Shown: positions 45,737-56,800, counted from the stretch's first letter. The stretch: DNA of 64,000 nt from Bacteroidales bacterium (GCA_024402335.1 JAKSTZ010000001.1:23687-87686); one strand, 5' to 3'. The notes: a model not told the origin generated them from the letters alone. Numbers and translations are program-made.

Positions 45737-47810
45737 CTTTCTTTTCGTCTTCAGGATATGGAACACGAGCATGATATAAGTTGATCAATTTTTCAACAAA
45801 TACCTCTTTTACCGTATCCAATTCTTTTAATGTTATGTCGGCATTTTCTAATTGTTTCGATTTTATCAAATGCTCTACAATCTTTTGTACTAATGCTTCA
45901 ATTTGTTGACGAGTATCTAAATGAGCACTTCTTGATGCTGCCTCCACACCATCGGCAATCATAATAACCGCAAGTTCCTTGTTCACAACCTTAGATGTTG
46001 GATATTGGAATTTCGATTCATCAACGTCCTCGTCAGGATGCATTTTCTTGTACTTATCCAAGAAATAAATAGTCTTGGAATTTCCATGATGACCATAAAT
46101 TATTTGCTCCAAAGAATATGGCAATCCAAGTTTACGAGAAAGTTCACGACCATAGTTCACATGGTCTATAATAATTTGCGCACTCTTTTCTGGAGCTAAA
46201 TTATCATGAGGATTTTCCTTAAACATTTGGTTTTCAACAAAGAATGCTGGATTTTTCAGTTTTCCAATATCATGATATAAACCTCCTATTCGTCCTAACA
46301 AAGCATTTCCATTGATCTTACGCAAAGCTACTTCTACAAAGTTTGCAACTTGTAACGAATGTTGGAACGTTCCCGGCGCCTTATCCGATAACTCACGCAA
46401 TACGCCACGGCTGGTATCCGACAATTCAAACAAGGTAATATCGGAAGGAAAACGGAAAATCTTCTCGAATATGAAAATCAACAAATATGTTGTCAACAAG
46501 AATACGCAACTGCCCAAGAACCAGAATAATTGTGTCCATTCAATTCCACTCAAGCCACCTGCCTTCAACAAAGACAAACCAATATAGACAACAGAATATG
46601 AGCCAAGAGAAATCAACGCCGTCCAAAATAAGAAACTACGTTGATAATGATTTCCTAAACTATATAAAGCAATAACGCCAACAGAAATTTGTAGGAATAT
46701 AAATTCAAATGGGTTAGGTGCCACCAAGCCAATTATCATCATCGTTACAATATGCACGAACAATGCGACACGGGCATTCAAGAAGTTTTTAATAAGTATT
46801 GGCAATGCAACGTATGGTATCAAATAAATACTGATATGCTCAAAACGTAAGGTTAGAATTGCCAAACCAATGAAAAGCACAACCACCGTCACAATAAAGA
46901 AAGAGTATTTCAATCTCATAAAGACATCAGGCTCTGAATATAAAATCAATAAAAACAACACGGCAAAAGCAACCGTGAGTAATATCAATTGTCCGCACCA
47001 AATTGCCAAACGACCGACAAAACTTACATTTCCCGATTCATATTCCTTTTTCAAAGAGTCCAATACCTTTTTGTCCTTTTCGGTTACAACCGAACCACGA
47101 CTAATTATACGGGAATCTTTACTGATATATCCGTGTTTTTCCGAAACAGTAGCTTGTAACTGAGATTTCAATTGCGAAGAAATTTCTTCATTCAACAACA
47201 CATTTGGAATCAAACTAGAAAAAATGATTTCCTTAAATTTCACACGACGAAGAGAATCGAAATCTGCAGGAATTTTCTGCATCAACTCTCCATGAGCTTC
47301 AGGTAACGTGAAAACAGAATGAGCCAACATACGTTCCCGTTGAGAGCCCCGTTCTACAATCAAAGTTTTATAAGGCTTCTGAAGATCGACAATTCCCGTA
47401 TTGTAAACCGATTTCAACAATGCTGCAAATTCGGTCAATCCTTGCGACTTCATTACATCATCGTAATCGTACACTGTGTCTGGAACAAAATGTCCTAACT
47501 CACGCATATATCGTGAAAGAATAGAATCTGCCACGCGTTCGTACACCGTAGAATCATAATTGTAGTACGGTGAATATTTCTTCATCACACTATCACGTTG
47601 ATCTTGTATTTCGCTTTCGGTTTTGTCAATTGAAAATCCAAACGGAGCATACAAATCATCATGCATCCAAACCTTATTTTGTTGATACTCATATTCAAAG
47701 CGCTTTTCATGAGGCATAAAATACATCACCAAGGCAATGCCAAACATAAAAAGTAAAAAAGTGAAAATGACGACTTTCTTTTCTTTCAAAAACGCAAAAA
47801 AATTCTTCAT
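45723..47810 (-). CDS. 7TM-receptor-type HD/HDIG phosphohydrolase (7TMR-HDED family)
   Basis: ORF-track start 47858 trimmed to ATG 47810 (MKNFFAFLKEKK). An extracytoplasmic domain is followed by 7 TM and then an HD domain with HSLQVANF and LYHDIGKL. Confidence 0.85.
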   Translation of the reverse strand: MKNFFAFLKEKKVVIFTFLLFMFGIALVMYFMPHEKRFEYEYQQNKVWMHDDLYAPFGFSIDKTESEIQDQRDSVMKKYSPYYNYDSTVYERVADSILSRYMRELGHFVPDTVYDYDDVMKSQGLTEFAALLKSVYNTGIVDLQKPYKTLIVERGSQRERMLAHSVFTLPEAHGELMQKIPADFDSLRRVKFKEIIFSSLIPNVLLNEEISSQLKSQLQATVSEKHGYISKDSRIISRGSVVTEKDKKVLDSLKKEYESGNVSFVGRLAIWCGQLILLTVAFAVLFLLILYSEPDVFMRLKYSFFIVTVVVLFIGLAILTLRFEHISIYLIPYVALPILIKNFLNARVALFVHIVTMMIIGLVAPNPFEFIFLQISVGVIALYSLGNHYQRSFLFWTALISLGSYSVVYIGLSLLKAGGLSGIEWTQLFWFLGSCVFLLTTYLLIFIFEKIFRFPSDITLFELSDTSRGVLRELSDKAPGTFQHSLQVANFVEVALRKINGNALLGRIGGLYHDIGKLKNPAFFVENQMFKENPHDNLAPEKSAQIIIDHVNYGRELSRKLGLPYSLEQIIYGHHGNSKTIYFLDKYKKMHPDEDVDESKFQYPTSKVVNKELAVIMIADGVEAASRSAHLDTRQQIEALVQKIVEHLIKSKQLENADITLKELDTVKEVFVEKLINLYHARVPYPEDEKKDETI

Positions 47811-47876
47811 GAATTTTGATTTTAAAATTCGCAAGTAAAAATATATATTTACCGGCAATTTTTAAGCATAAAAACG

Positions 47877-48548
47877 ATGACAAAATTACGATTAGTTTTC
47901 AATGTTGAGGAAGGCACCTTGGTTAACGACAAATACGTCATTCAAAAGGACATGTTGAATCACATTGCAATGGTTATCTCTAACGTACGCAATAGCGACA
48001 ACGATGTTATTCTAGTGACAGCCGGAGCCATTGCTTCTGGTTTGGAACAGACAAAAAAGACAAAATATCCGAAATCGTTAAGCGACAAGCAGGCACTTGC
48101 TGCTATCGGACAAGTGGAACTAATCAAACGCTATCAGAATATTTTTGACGAATACATCCAAATGATTGCGCAAGTTTTGTTGGCACGCGACATACTTGAC
48201 AATCCGAAACAACAATTCAATGCAAAAAACACATTCAAAAAATTGTTGTCACTTGGAATCATACCTGTAATAAACGAAAACGACACGATTTCAACAGTAG
48301 ATATTGAATTGGAAAACAATTACATGCTTACTGTTACAGTTGCAAACATTATCTCCGCACATGCGCTTATTCAAATCAACAAAGATTTGTCTTTCAACGT
48401 TTTGTTCAAAGGAAATGATTATAGTTTCCACTGCAAAGACAAGGATGCGTTATTTAAACTAATCCGTACTACCGATGCAAGCAAAATCAGTGGTCGTGGT
48501 TTCCAATACCCATCAATATTTCCTGAGAACAGTAAGGAATACATATAG
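47877..48548 (+). CDS. amino-acid-kinase-fold protein, truncated and degenerate glutamate-5-kinase (ProB) paralogue
   Basis: 223 aa, collinear with the ProB N-lobe (VILVTAGAIASG, QALAAIGQ, IIPVINENDTIST). The Lys/Gly of the K-x-G-(S/T) motif is replaced (VFNVEEGT), GDND becomes ENNY, and the ATP-lobe GTGGM motif is absent. Confidence 0.55.
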   Translation: MTKLRLVFNVEEGTLVNDKYVIQKDMLNHIAMVISNVRNSDNDVILVTAGAIASGLEQTKKTKYPKSLSDKQALAAIGQVELIKRYQNIFDEYIQMIAQVLLARDILDNPKQQFNAKNTFKKLLSLGIIPVINENDTISTVDIELENNYMLTVTVANIISAHALIQINKDLSFNVLFKGNDYSFHCKDKDALFKLIRTTDASKISGRGFQYPSIFPENSKEYI

Positions 48549-48550
48549 TT

Positions 48551-49354
48551 GTGGAGAAAAATTTCTGCATTTACAATAATGAAATAACGAAAATTGAGAC
48601 ACTGAACACAGCACCAATTTTCGCAATAAACGATTACGAGCGTACCGACATCCGCTTATACAACACGCATCCGCTTTTCTTAGCTTCGCACTTACAAAAT
48701 ATCTGCGAAAGCATGAAAAAGAAAGGCGTAACAATACCACAACAACTAACATTTGCAAACATCGACCACCAAATACATAGAGTACTCAATGTCAATAAAG
48801 TATATAAAGGTGGCGTATGTACATTGTTGGTATTCTGGCAGAAATTTCCTACACAATCAGAACCTGCATATTGCATATTCGTCAAGCCATTAGAAACACT
48901 GCAATATAATTTTAGCACCCGAGGCACGGAATTGACCTACCAAAGCGAGTCAGCAACCATCTATCCTTTTGTTCCCAATTCTACATATTCCGAACAAGAA
49001 GAAACATTTTCCACTAACTGTATAATCAATGCAAAAGGCGATGTAATGGGAACAGACCGAGGCGATCTATTGGTTATAGCAAACGACACTATACATTTAC
49101 ACGAAAAAACAGAACCTATCACTACCATTTTTGCAGAACATTTGGCTCGCAATCAATGGAAAACCCAACGACACAATGGCATTCCACAAGATATAGTAGC
49201 AAATAGTCAAGAAATAATCCACTGCGGAACATTTATCGGAGTCCAATGGATAAACAAACTTACCATCAACAACGACGAAGGAAGAATTCTAGGATACGAT
49301 TACACCAAACAAATTGTAAAAGAATTCACGACATTTATTAGCACCCAAGGCTAA
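48551..49354 (+). CDS. hypothetical protein (weak resemblance to class IV aminotransferase / ADC-lyase fold)
   Basis: 267 aa with a GTG start 2 nt after the previous stop. PLFLASHLQNICESMKKKGVTIP is reminiscent of the F-x-x-H-x-x-RL-x-x-S region of fold-type IV PLP enzymes, but I could not find a catalytic Lys context. Confidence 0.4.
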   Translation: MEKNFCIYNNEITKIETLNTAPIFAINDYERTDIRLYNTHPLFLASHLQNICESMKKKGVTIPQQLTFANIDHQIHRVLNVNKVYKGGVCTLLVFWQKFPTQSEPAYCIFVKPLETLQYNFSTRGTELTYQSESATIYPFVPNSTYSEQEETFSTNCIINAKGDVMGTDRGDLLVIANDTIHLHEKTEPITTIFAEHLARNQWKTQRHNGIPQDIVANSQEIIHCGTFIGVQWINKLTINNDEGRILGYDYTKQIVKEFTTFISTQG

Positions 49355-49357
49355 CAA

Positions 49358-50308
49358 TTAAAAAATTGTCTTACGAGAGAAGAACTCGCTGTGAGCAGTC
49401 AAGCCGACACGAAATAGCCGTAAAGTTCGATTAAAATAAATATTGTAGTAATCCTCACCCCAATAATACTGGGCGAAAATAGTTACATCCTGTAAAAAAG
49501 CAGGTTTAAAAGAGATTGTATAATCCAAAACACAACGATGAATATCTAAAGCATCACGTTTCGCCATATTCCCGGCAATCACCCCGAACTTCAACACATT
49601 AGAGAAAATAGATTCCTTATTCTTAAAGTATTGTATGTTAAAAAGATTGTAGATAGTTTTTGCGATATTCCATTCAAATTTTAGGTCGAAATTGAAACGC
49701 CAACGACCATACAAACCATTCAACATGGTATCCAGTTGATAGCAATACTTTCCATACAATTTAGCATAATATTGTCGAGTGCTATGTGTACGTGCATAGA
49801 ACGTACCCGCCTCTATCCAATTCGTAGAAAAGCTACCATCATGAGTATTTATAGTAGTATTCGTGCTATCCGTATAAAAATAACCATCTTGTCCATTAGA
49901 ATGATGATACAGCGAAGCATACTGAAACCATCCCGAAAATGCAGGATGCTTTTCCGTAAGGGTTTGATGGACCAAAATGATACGCGGTTCGTATGACGGA
50001 GTACGAACCGGATACGAGTAGTCATTATACATTCGAACAATAACTTGTGGAGAAATAATAAACGCCCAATGCTTAATAGCATCTAAACCTATACGATAGT
50101 AAGGAACTATATTTCCCTCAAACAAAAGAGGCTCTATATTTCCCAAGCCCCCACCTGCAGTTAAATAACCTGGTTCATAGAACAAGTTCATAGTCTCGTC
50201 CCATGAAGTTTGTTCCCAATTTATACGAGAAGTGGTATCGCGTTCCCGCTGGGCAAATGTCACAGACGAGAGCAAACAAAATAATATGTATAGTATGAAC
50301 TTCTTCAT
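49358..50308 (-). CDS. outer-membrane phospholipase A-like protein
   Basis: ORF-track start 50326 trimmed to ATG 50308 (MKKFILYILFCLLSSVTFAQ). YHHSNGQDG matches the OMPLA catalytic H-x-S-N-G motif. Beta-barrel-like sequence. Confidence 0.6.
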   Translation of the reverse strand: MKKFILYILFCLLSSVTFAQRERDTTSRINWEQTSWDETMNLFYEPGYLTAGGGLGNIEPLLFEGNIVPYYRIGLDAIKHWAFIISPQVIVRMYNDYSYPVRTPSYEPRIILVHQTLTEKHPAFSGWFQYASLYHHSNGQDGYFYTDSTNTTINTHDGSFSTNWIEAGTFYARTHSTRQYYAKLYGKYCYQLDTMLNGLYGRWRFNFDLKFEWNIAKTIYNLFNIQYFKNKESIFSNVLKFGVIAGNMAKRDALDIHRCVLDYTISFKPAFLQDVTIFAQYYWGEDYYNIYFNRTLRLFRVGLTAHSEFFSRKTIF

Positions 50309-50504
50309 TATAAACAAGACATACAAAAATACAAATTTGTTTCACCAATAAGAAGCAAAAATGTCATGTCATTGACAGAGCACAAGTAAAAACTTTAACT
50401 GAAAACCTTACAATAAGCGGCATGCACAAGTTAATTCACAAAACAAATAGTGCACAATTCGTCTTTTCTTTTACATGTTTTCAATAGGAAATAAAAAAAA
50501 TCCG

Positions 50505-50512
50505 TATATTTG
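50505..50512 (+). promoter_or_regulatory. TAnnTTTG promoter motif for exbB (implies a ~110-nt leader)
   Basis: TAtaTTTG, 115 nt upstream of ATG 50628. The leader contains the hairpin tccttg-ctatttaagga-caagga. Confidence 0.4.
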
Positions 50513-50627
50513 GGGCAAAATATCAAAGGCAGATATCCTTGCTATTTAAGGACAAGGACAATGCCATAAGACAAATAGAAACAAATAAAAGTTTAAATAA
50601 AAAAGAAAGTATTAATTAATTAAAATT

Positions 50628-51449
50628 ATGAAAAAAGTATTTGCATTAGTGATGGCGTTAGGATTATTCAGCCTAACTTCATTTTCACAAGAAGATGTTG
50701 CAGTAAGCAATGATTCAGCTCAAGCAGCTGTAGCACAAAGCGATTCAGCAAAAGCTACAGAAGCAGTTGCTCCAGCAGAAACAACTACAGAAGAAGTTGT
50801 TGTAGCAGAAGAAAAAGGTTTCCACCAAGTATTGAAAGAAAAATTCATCGAAGGTGGTGCAGGTTTCATGGCATTAGTATTAATCTGCTTGATTCTTGGT
50901 GTTGCTATCTCAATTGAAAGAATTCTTTACTTGAACTTAGCAACAACTAATACAAAGAAATTATTACAAAATATTGAAGATGCATTGGAAAGCGGTGACG
51001 AAGAAAAGGCAAAAGATATCTGCCGTAACACTCCAGGTCCAGTAGCAAGCATCTTCTACCAAGGTTTAACTCGTCTTTCTGACGGTCCAGAAATGGTTGA
51101 AAAAACAGTTGCTTCTTATGGTAGCGTTCAAATGGGTCTTTTGGAAAAAGGTTTGACTTGGGTTTCTCTTTGCATCGGTTTAGCTCCTTCTCTAGGATTC
51201 TTGGGAACAGTTGTTGGTATGATCCAAGCATTCGATGATATCGCTGTAGCAGGTGAAATGTCTCCAACAGTTGTTGCTGGTGGTATCAAGGTTGCCTTGT
51301 TGACTACAGTAGGTGGTTTGATCGTAGCTATGATTTTGCAAGTATTCTACAACTACTTGTTGGCTAAAATCGACGATTTAACAACAGACATGGAAGATTC
51401 TTCAATCTCATTAATCGACATCGTTGTTAAGTATAACGCTAAAAAATAA
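50628..51449 (+). CDS. exbB: MotA/TolQ/ExbB proton-channel family protein
   Basis: 273 aa. A signal peptide and Ala/Glu-rich extension are followed by 3 TM segments with LGFLGTVVGMIQAF. Followed by two ExbD genes. Confidence 0.85.
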   Translation: MKKVFALVMALGLFSLTSFSQEDVAVSNDSAQAAVAQSDSAKATEAVAPAETTTEEVVVAEEKGFHQVLKEKFIEGGAGFMALVLICLILGVAISIERILYLNLATTNTKKLLQNIEDALESGDEEKAKDICRNTPGPVASIFYQGLTRLSDGPEMVEKTVASYGSVQMGLLEKGLTWVSLCIGLAPSLGFLGTVVGMIQAFDDIAVAGEMSPTVVAGGIKVALLTTVGGLIVAMILQVFYNYLLAKIDDLTTDMEDSSISLIDIVVKYNAKK

Positions 51450-51456
51450 TTAACTG

Positions 51457-52029
51457 ATGGACAATCAAAAGTTTAATCAAGTCTTCAAAGTTGCAGGTGT
51501 ATCCTTGCTTGTCATCGCTGTATTGGTGACTGCATGGTACTTGTTTGCAGCGTCAGGCAAAGATTGCTTGGCTTGTAAACTTCCAGCTTGTGAAGCTATT
51601 GGCCCAGACGGTGAGACCGTTATGGCAGCAGCAGATGCCTGCGCAAAACCATACGAAGAACTTTCTGTAGATTCAGATGAATGTAGCCAAGAATGTATTT
51701 CATACGCTGGCGTTTACCTAACATTTGCAGTATCGTTAATCGTAATCGCAGTTATCTTTATGATTGCAATGGCTGTTTACTCTACTATTAAAAGTAGCAA
51801 GAAAACATCTAAAACTACAATATTCGTAGTTGCATTCGTAATTATCGCAGCAGGTGTTGCATTCCTTTTGTCATCTGACACAATTCCAACAATTATTGGT
51901 TTCGATGGCGAAATAACGAAAGGTGATGTAAAATTGACTGACACATTGTTATACGCAACATACTTCTTGTTGGGTGGCGCAGTATTGTCAATCTTATCTT
52001 CATTCGTAATTAAATTTTTAAGAAAATAA
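51457..52029 (+). CDS. hypothetical 4-TM membrane protein with Cys-rich loop, embedded in the ExbB/ExbD cluster
   Basis: 190 aa. TM1 is followed by the loop CLACKLPACEAIGPDGETVMAAADACAKPYEELSVDSDECSQEC (8 Cys), then 3 more TM segments. Confidence 0.6.
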   Translation: MDNQKFNQVFKVAGVSLLVIAVLVTAWYLFAASGKDCLACKLPACEAIGPDGETVMAAADACAKPYEELSVDSDECSQECISYAGVYLTFAVSLIVIAVIFMIAMAVYSTIKSSKKTSKTTIFVVAFVIIAAGVAFLLSSDTIPTIIGFDGEITKGDVKLTDTLLYATYFLLGGAVLSILSSFVIKFLRK

Positions 52030-52071
52030 AACTAAGAGGGAGCCTCGGTTCCCTCTTTATACAGTAAAAAT

Positions 52072-52656
52072 ATGGGTAAGAAAGTTCCTGAAATAAACTC
52101 TTCTTCAATGGCGGACATTTCGTTCATGCTATTGATATTCTTCTTGGTTGCTACAACCATGGATACTGATACTGGCCTTTTCCGTATGTTGCCTCCATAT
52201 CAAGATCCTACTGAACAACAAGAAGATATCAAGGTATTGGACAAAAACTTGTTCGTTGTTCTTGTAAACAAGGACGATAAATTGATGGTTGAGAAAAAGC
52301 CTATGCATCCAAGAGATTTGCGCAAGGCTTGTAAGGAGTTCTTAATGAATATGAATAACGACAACGAGGACAAACGTTACCCTGGTTACACGGAAGAAGA
52401 CATCCCTGGCATAGGTAAAGTAAAAGTTACTAAAGCCATCGTAAGTATCCAAAACGACCGTGGTACATCGTATGCGAAATTCATAGAAATTCAGAACGAA
52501 ATTGTTGCTGCTTATAACGAGGTAAAAGATTACTATTCTGTAAAATACTTCAAGAAACCTTTCAACGACTTGAAGGAAAACCAACAGGATATAATCAAAA
52601 AAATCATCCCTCAAAAGATTTCAGAAGCAGAACCTAAAAATATCGGAGGAAAATAA
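52072..52656 (+). CDS. exbD: biopolymer transporter ExbD/TolR
   Basis: 194 aa. The N-terminus EINSSSMADISFMLLIFFLV is the canonical ExbD TM helix context. Confidence 0.85.
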   Translation: MGKKVPEINSSSMADISFMLLIFFLVATTMDTDTGLFRMLPPYQDPTEQQEDIKVLDKNLFVVLVNKDDKLMVEKKPMHPRDLRKACKEFLMNMNNDNEDKRYPGYTEEDIPGIGKVKVTKAIVSIQNDRGTSYAKFIEIQNEIVAAYNEVKDYYSVKYFKKPFNDLKENQQDIIKKIIPQKISEAEPKNIGGK

Positions 52657-52657
52657 T

Positions 52658-53125
52658 ATGGCTCAATTTAGAAGTAAAGAAAAAAAGACGCCTCCTGCAA
52701 TTTCCACACAGTCTTTGCCGGATATTATCTTCATGTTGATATTCTTCTTCATGGTTTCTACAACTATGCGCGAAAGCACTTTGTTGGTGAAAAAACCTCA
52801 TTTGCCAAAAGCAACTGAATTTGTGAAACTTGAAAAGAAATCTTTGGTTAGCAATATCTACATCGCTGCTCCTACTTTGAAATACCAAAACCTATTTGGT
52901 ACTCAACCTGTTATCCAACTTAACGAATCAATCGAAGATGTTTCTAAGATTGCACAGTTCGTGGAAACAGAAAAAGAATCAATGCCAGCAAACGACCGCT
53001 CTCAAATGACGGTTTCGCTAAAAGTTGATTCGAAAGCAAAAATGGGTATTGTTTCCGATGTAAAACAAGAACTTCGTAAAGCAAATGCTTTGAAAGTTAG
53101 CTACTCTGTTGTTCCAAAACAATAA
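52658..53125 (+). CDS. exbD: biopolymer transporter ExbD/TolR (second copy)
   Basis: 155 aa. STQSLPDIIFMLIFFFMV is a TM helix of the same family. Starts 1 nt after the previous stop. Confidence 0.85.
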   Translation: MAQFRSKEKKTPPAISTQSLPDIIFMLIFFFMVSTTMRESTLLVKKPHLPKATEFVKLEKKSLVSNIYIAAPTLKYQNLFGTQPVIQLNESIEDVSKIAQFVETEKESMPANDRSQMTVSLKVDSKAKMGIVSDVKQELRKANALKVSYSVVPKQ

Positions 53126-53148
53126 GAAACTAATTAAACTATATACTA

Positions 53149-53178
53149 AAGGTGTTCAGAAATGGACACCTTTTTTTT
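53149..53178 (+). terminator. intrinsic terminator after the exbB-exbD cluster
   Basis: aaggtgt-tcagaaatgg-acacctt followed by T8. Confidence 0.75.
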
Positions 53179-53241
53179 ATTCTATAAAAAGAAGTAAAGA
53201 GTTATTATTCTCTCAAAATTTTATAAAATTCTGATAAATTC

Positions 53242-53249
53242 TATCTTTG
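53242..53249 (+). promoter_or_regulatory. TAnnTTTG promoter motif upstream of the hypothetical gene and mfd
   Basis: TAtcTTTG, 16 nt upstream of ATG 53266. Confidence 0.45.
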
Positions 53250-53265
53250 TATAAAATTCACATCT

Positions 53266-53844
53266 ATGGAAACATTATTTAGAATATTAGAAATCACGAT
53301 TCCGTCTGTTATAGTCTTTCTTGTATCATATTGTATGATAAAACGCTTATTTGAAACACAAGAAAAGAAACAACAGGAAAATTCCAACAAATTAATTGAA
53401 GCATTTCTAAAAAACGAGGAGCAGAAAAGAAATACTATACAAAAAGCGGAAACGCAGAAAATCAGCTTGCCGCTTCGTATACAAGCATACGAACGATTGG
53501 TTCTTCTTTTGGAACGAATCAGCCCAGAATCTTTACTACTAAGAGTGCAAACTCCACAAATGACTGCGGCTCAACTACATCAAGAACTACTTATTACTGT
53601 AAGAGCTGAATTTGAACATAACCTCTCACAACAAATCTATGTTTCGCAGCAAGCATGGGTTGCTGTAAAATTAGCCAAAGACAGTTTGGTAAAAACTATC
53701 AATGAGTCTGCAGGAAAAATCGCAGCCGTTGCTCCTGCTACTGCTTTAAGCGAAGAAATCATAAAAGAATTTATGGCTCAACAAGTAAACCCTATCGCTG
53801 TTGCTTTAGGTGTTTTGAAACAAGACGCTGAAAATTACATGTAA
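53266..53844 (+). CDS. hypothetical membrane-anchored protein
   Basis: 192 aa with one N-terminal TM segment. TAtcTTTG at 53242-53249 lies 17 nt upstream of the ATG. Stops 2 nt before mfd. Confidence 0.55.
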   Translation: METLFRILEITIPSVIVFLVSYCMIKRLFETQEKKQQENSNKLIEAFLKNEEQKRNTIQKAETQKISLPLRIQAYERLVLLLERISPESLLLRVQTPQMTAAQLHQELLITVRAEFEHNLSQQIYVSQQAWVAVKLAKDSLVKTINESAGKIAAVAPATALSEEIIKEFMAQQVNPIAVALGVLKQDAENYM

Positions 53845-53846
53845 CA

Positions 53847-56800
53847 GTGAACATCTCCGACTTTTCACAACTATTTCTAAAACATCCTCATTACAGAAAA
53901 CTTCAGGGTGATCTTGCTGCAAATCCTGCCTACAAAGGATTGCTACGGGGAATCAACGGTTCTGAACCATATTTCTTTATTGCACAACTTTTCAATGCGC
54001 TGAAGAATAGCATGGTGGTTATTATGCCATCTGCCGACGAAGCTTCCGACGCTTTAGACGACCTAACAAGTTTACTCGGAGCAAAATATTCTCTTCTGTT
54101 TCCGTCTTCATATAAACGCTCCATCCAATACGACCAGATAGACAAATCCAATATGCTTTTGAGAACAGAAGCGATGAAGGAATTAACGCAAAACGATTTC
54201 CCTCAAATATTGGTAACATATCCGGAGGCAATAGTAGAGCAGGTTATCTCGCAAAAGGAATTTAAACGAAAAATTCATGTCCTTCACGTCGGCGATAAAG
54301 TTGATACTGAATTTATTAATGATCTACTATATGACTTTGGATTTGAGCGGGTTGATTTTGTTACTATTCCCGGACAGTTCTCGGTACGAGGTAGTATTAT
54401 AGATATTTTCAGTTTTTCTAATGACCTACCCTATCGTGTCGATTTCTTTGGGGACGAGATTGAAAGCATACGCACATTTAATGTCGATGATCAACTTTCG
54501 GTAGAAAAAGTACAGGAATTCAATATCATTCCCGATGTTCAGAATGCCACAGATAAACAAGTTTACATTCCTATACTTGAATATCTCGACAACCCTATAG
54601 TTTTCACAAAAGGTTGTAAATTAGACATTGAAAGAATCGCACACATAAAAGAACAGGCACTCAAAGCGTATAAGTCGGACGAGAAGAAAACGAAAGAGTT
54701 ATCGCAAACGTTGCTTGATGCAAATTTTATTCAAGAATTCTTTGACAAAAATCGTGTATGTGAATTTGGACCAAATTCTTCGTATGAATACTACACACTA
54801 TTCGATTTTCACACACAACCTCATCCAAAGGTAAATAAGAACTTTGAATTCTTCGGAAAACAATTAGTTGAAAATCAAGAGAATAATTACACTAATTATT
54901 TCATCACGCAAATTCAAACCCAATACGACAGAATTGTTGAGATTTTTGACGAAATAAATCCACTGGTAAAGTTAGAACCTATCATAACTTCCCTTTCGCA
55001 AGGATTTATCGATGATGATTTGCGTATTTGTTGCCATACCGACCACGAGGTCTTTAATCGATACCATGCACACAAACGTCAGAAGAAAGTAGTTTCATCT
55101 GAAAGTTTGTCCATTCAGGATTTGAAGGAATTGAATCCTGGTGATTTTGTCGTACATATAGATTTTGGTATTGGCCGCTATGCAGGTTTGGAACGCATTG
55201 TGAACAACGGTAAGGTACAAGAAGCCGTGAAACTTGTCTATCGAGACAACGATTTAGTTTTCGTAAACATTAACGGCCTTCACAAAATATCGAAATACAA
55301 AGGGAAAGACGGTGTTGCTCCTTCGCTTCACAAACTCGGTTCTGCCGTATGGCAAAACACTAAACAGAAAACAAAGAAGAAGGTTAAGGATATTGCAAAA
55401 GAATTAATTGCACTTTACGCGGAACGACGTGCACAAAGCGGTTTCCGTTTTTCACAAGATTCGTATTTACAACACGAATTGGAGGCATCTTTCTTTTACG
55501 AGGATACTCCCGACCAAGCTGCAGCAAACGAAAAAGTTAAAGCTGCTATGGAAGAGCCATATCCTATGGATATGCTTGTCTGCGGCGATGTTGGTTTCGG
55601 AAAAACTGAGATTGCCATTCGTGCCGCTTTTAAAGCTGTTGCCGATGGCAAACAAGTTGCCGTACTCGTACCAACAACTATTCTTGCCTTACAGCATTAC
55701 AAGACTTTTTCAAGCCGTCTAAAGAACTTTCCGTGCAAAGTCGACTATTTATGCAGACTTCGCACAAACAAACAGCAAAAGGAATCTCTTGCTAATTTAG
55801 CAGAAGGAAAAACCGACATTATAATTGGGACCCATCGATTAGTGGGGAAAGACGTAAAATTTAAAGATTTAGGCTTCCTTATCATAGACGAGGAACAAAA
55901 ATTTGGTGTGAGCATTAAAGAAAAGCTTAAGCAAATCAAAGTAAACATCGATACGCTTACGCTTACTGCCACTCCTATTCCACGAACATTGCAATTTTCA
56001 TTATTGGGAGCAAGAGATTTGGCAATAATCAATACTCCGCCGCCAAACCGCCATCCTATTATTACCGAGCTACATACCTACAGCGATGACTTACTAAAAG
56101 AAGCCATCATGTACGAAGTAGAACGTGGCGGACAAGTGTTTGTTATAAACAATCGAGTGTCAAACATATACGAAGTCGAAACACATATTCGCACTCTTTG
56201 TCCGAAAGTAAAAACAGTAGTCGGACACGGACAAATGGACGGGCCACAATTGGAACAAATCATGCTTGACTTTATCAACCACGAATATGACGTATTGATT
56301 ACTACAACTATTATCGAGGCAGGATTGGATATTCCAAATGCCAACACTATGATAGTGAACGACGCCCATCACTTTGGCTTGAGCGACTTACATCAACTAC
56401 GTGGACGTGTAGGACGATCGAACAAGAAAGCTTATTGTTACCTTATGGCTCCACCATTAAGCGTACTTCCTGACGATGCACGCCGACGTTTGCAAGCAAT
56501 AGAAGATTTTTCCGGATTAGGCAGCGGATTCAACATAGCAATGCAAGATCTTGACATACGTGGTGCAGGAAATCTACTCGGAGCTGAACAAAGTGGATTT
56601 ATTTCAGACATCGGATACGAAACATATCAGAAAATTCTTGACGAAGCTTTACTTGAACTAAAAGAAAACGAATTCAAAGAACTATTTGCCGGAGATGAAA
56701 CTGAAAAACAGCGTGCCGCCGAACAATTAGAGTCCATGAAATTCGTATCGGATTGCCATATCGACACCGATTTAGGTATCCTATTCCCTAACGATTACAT

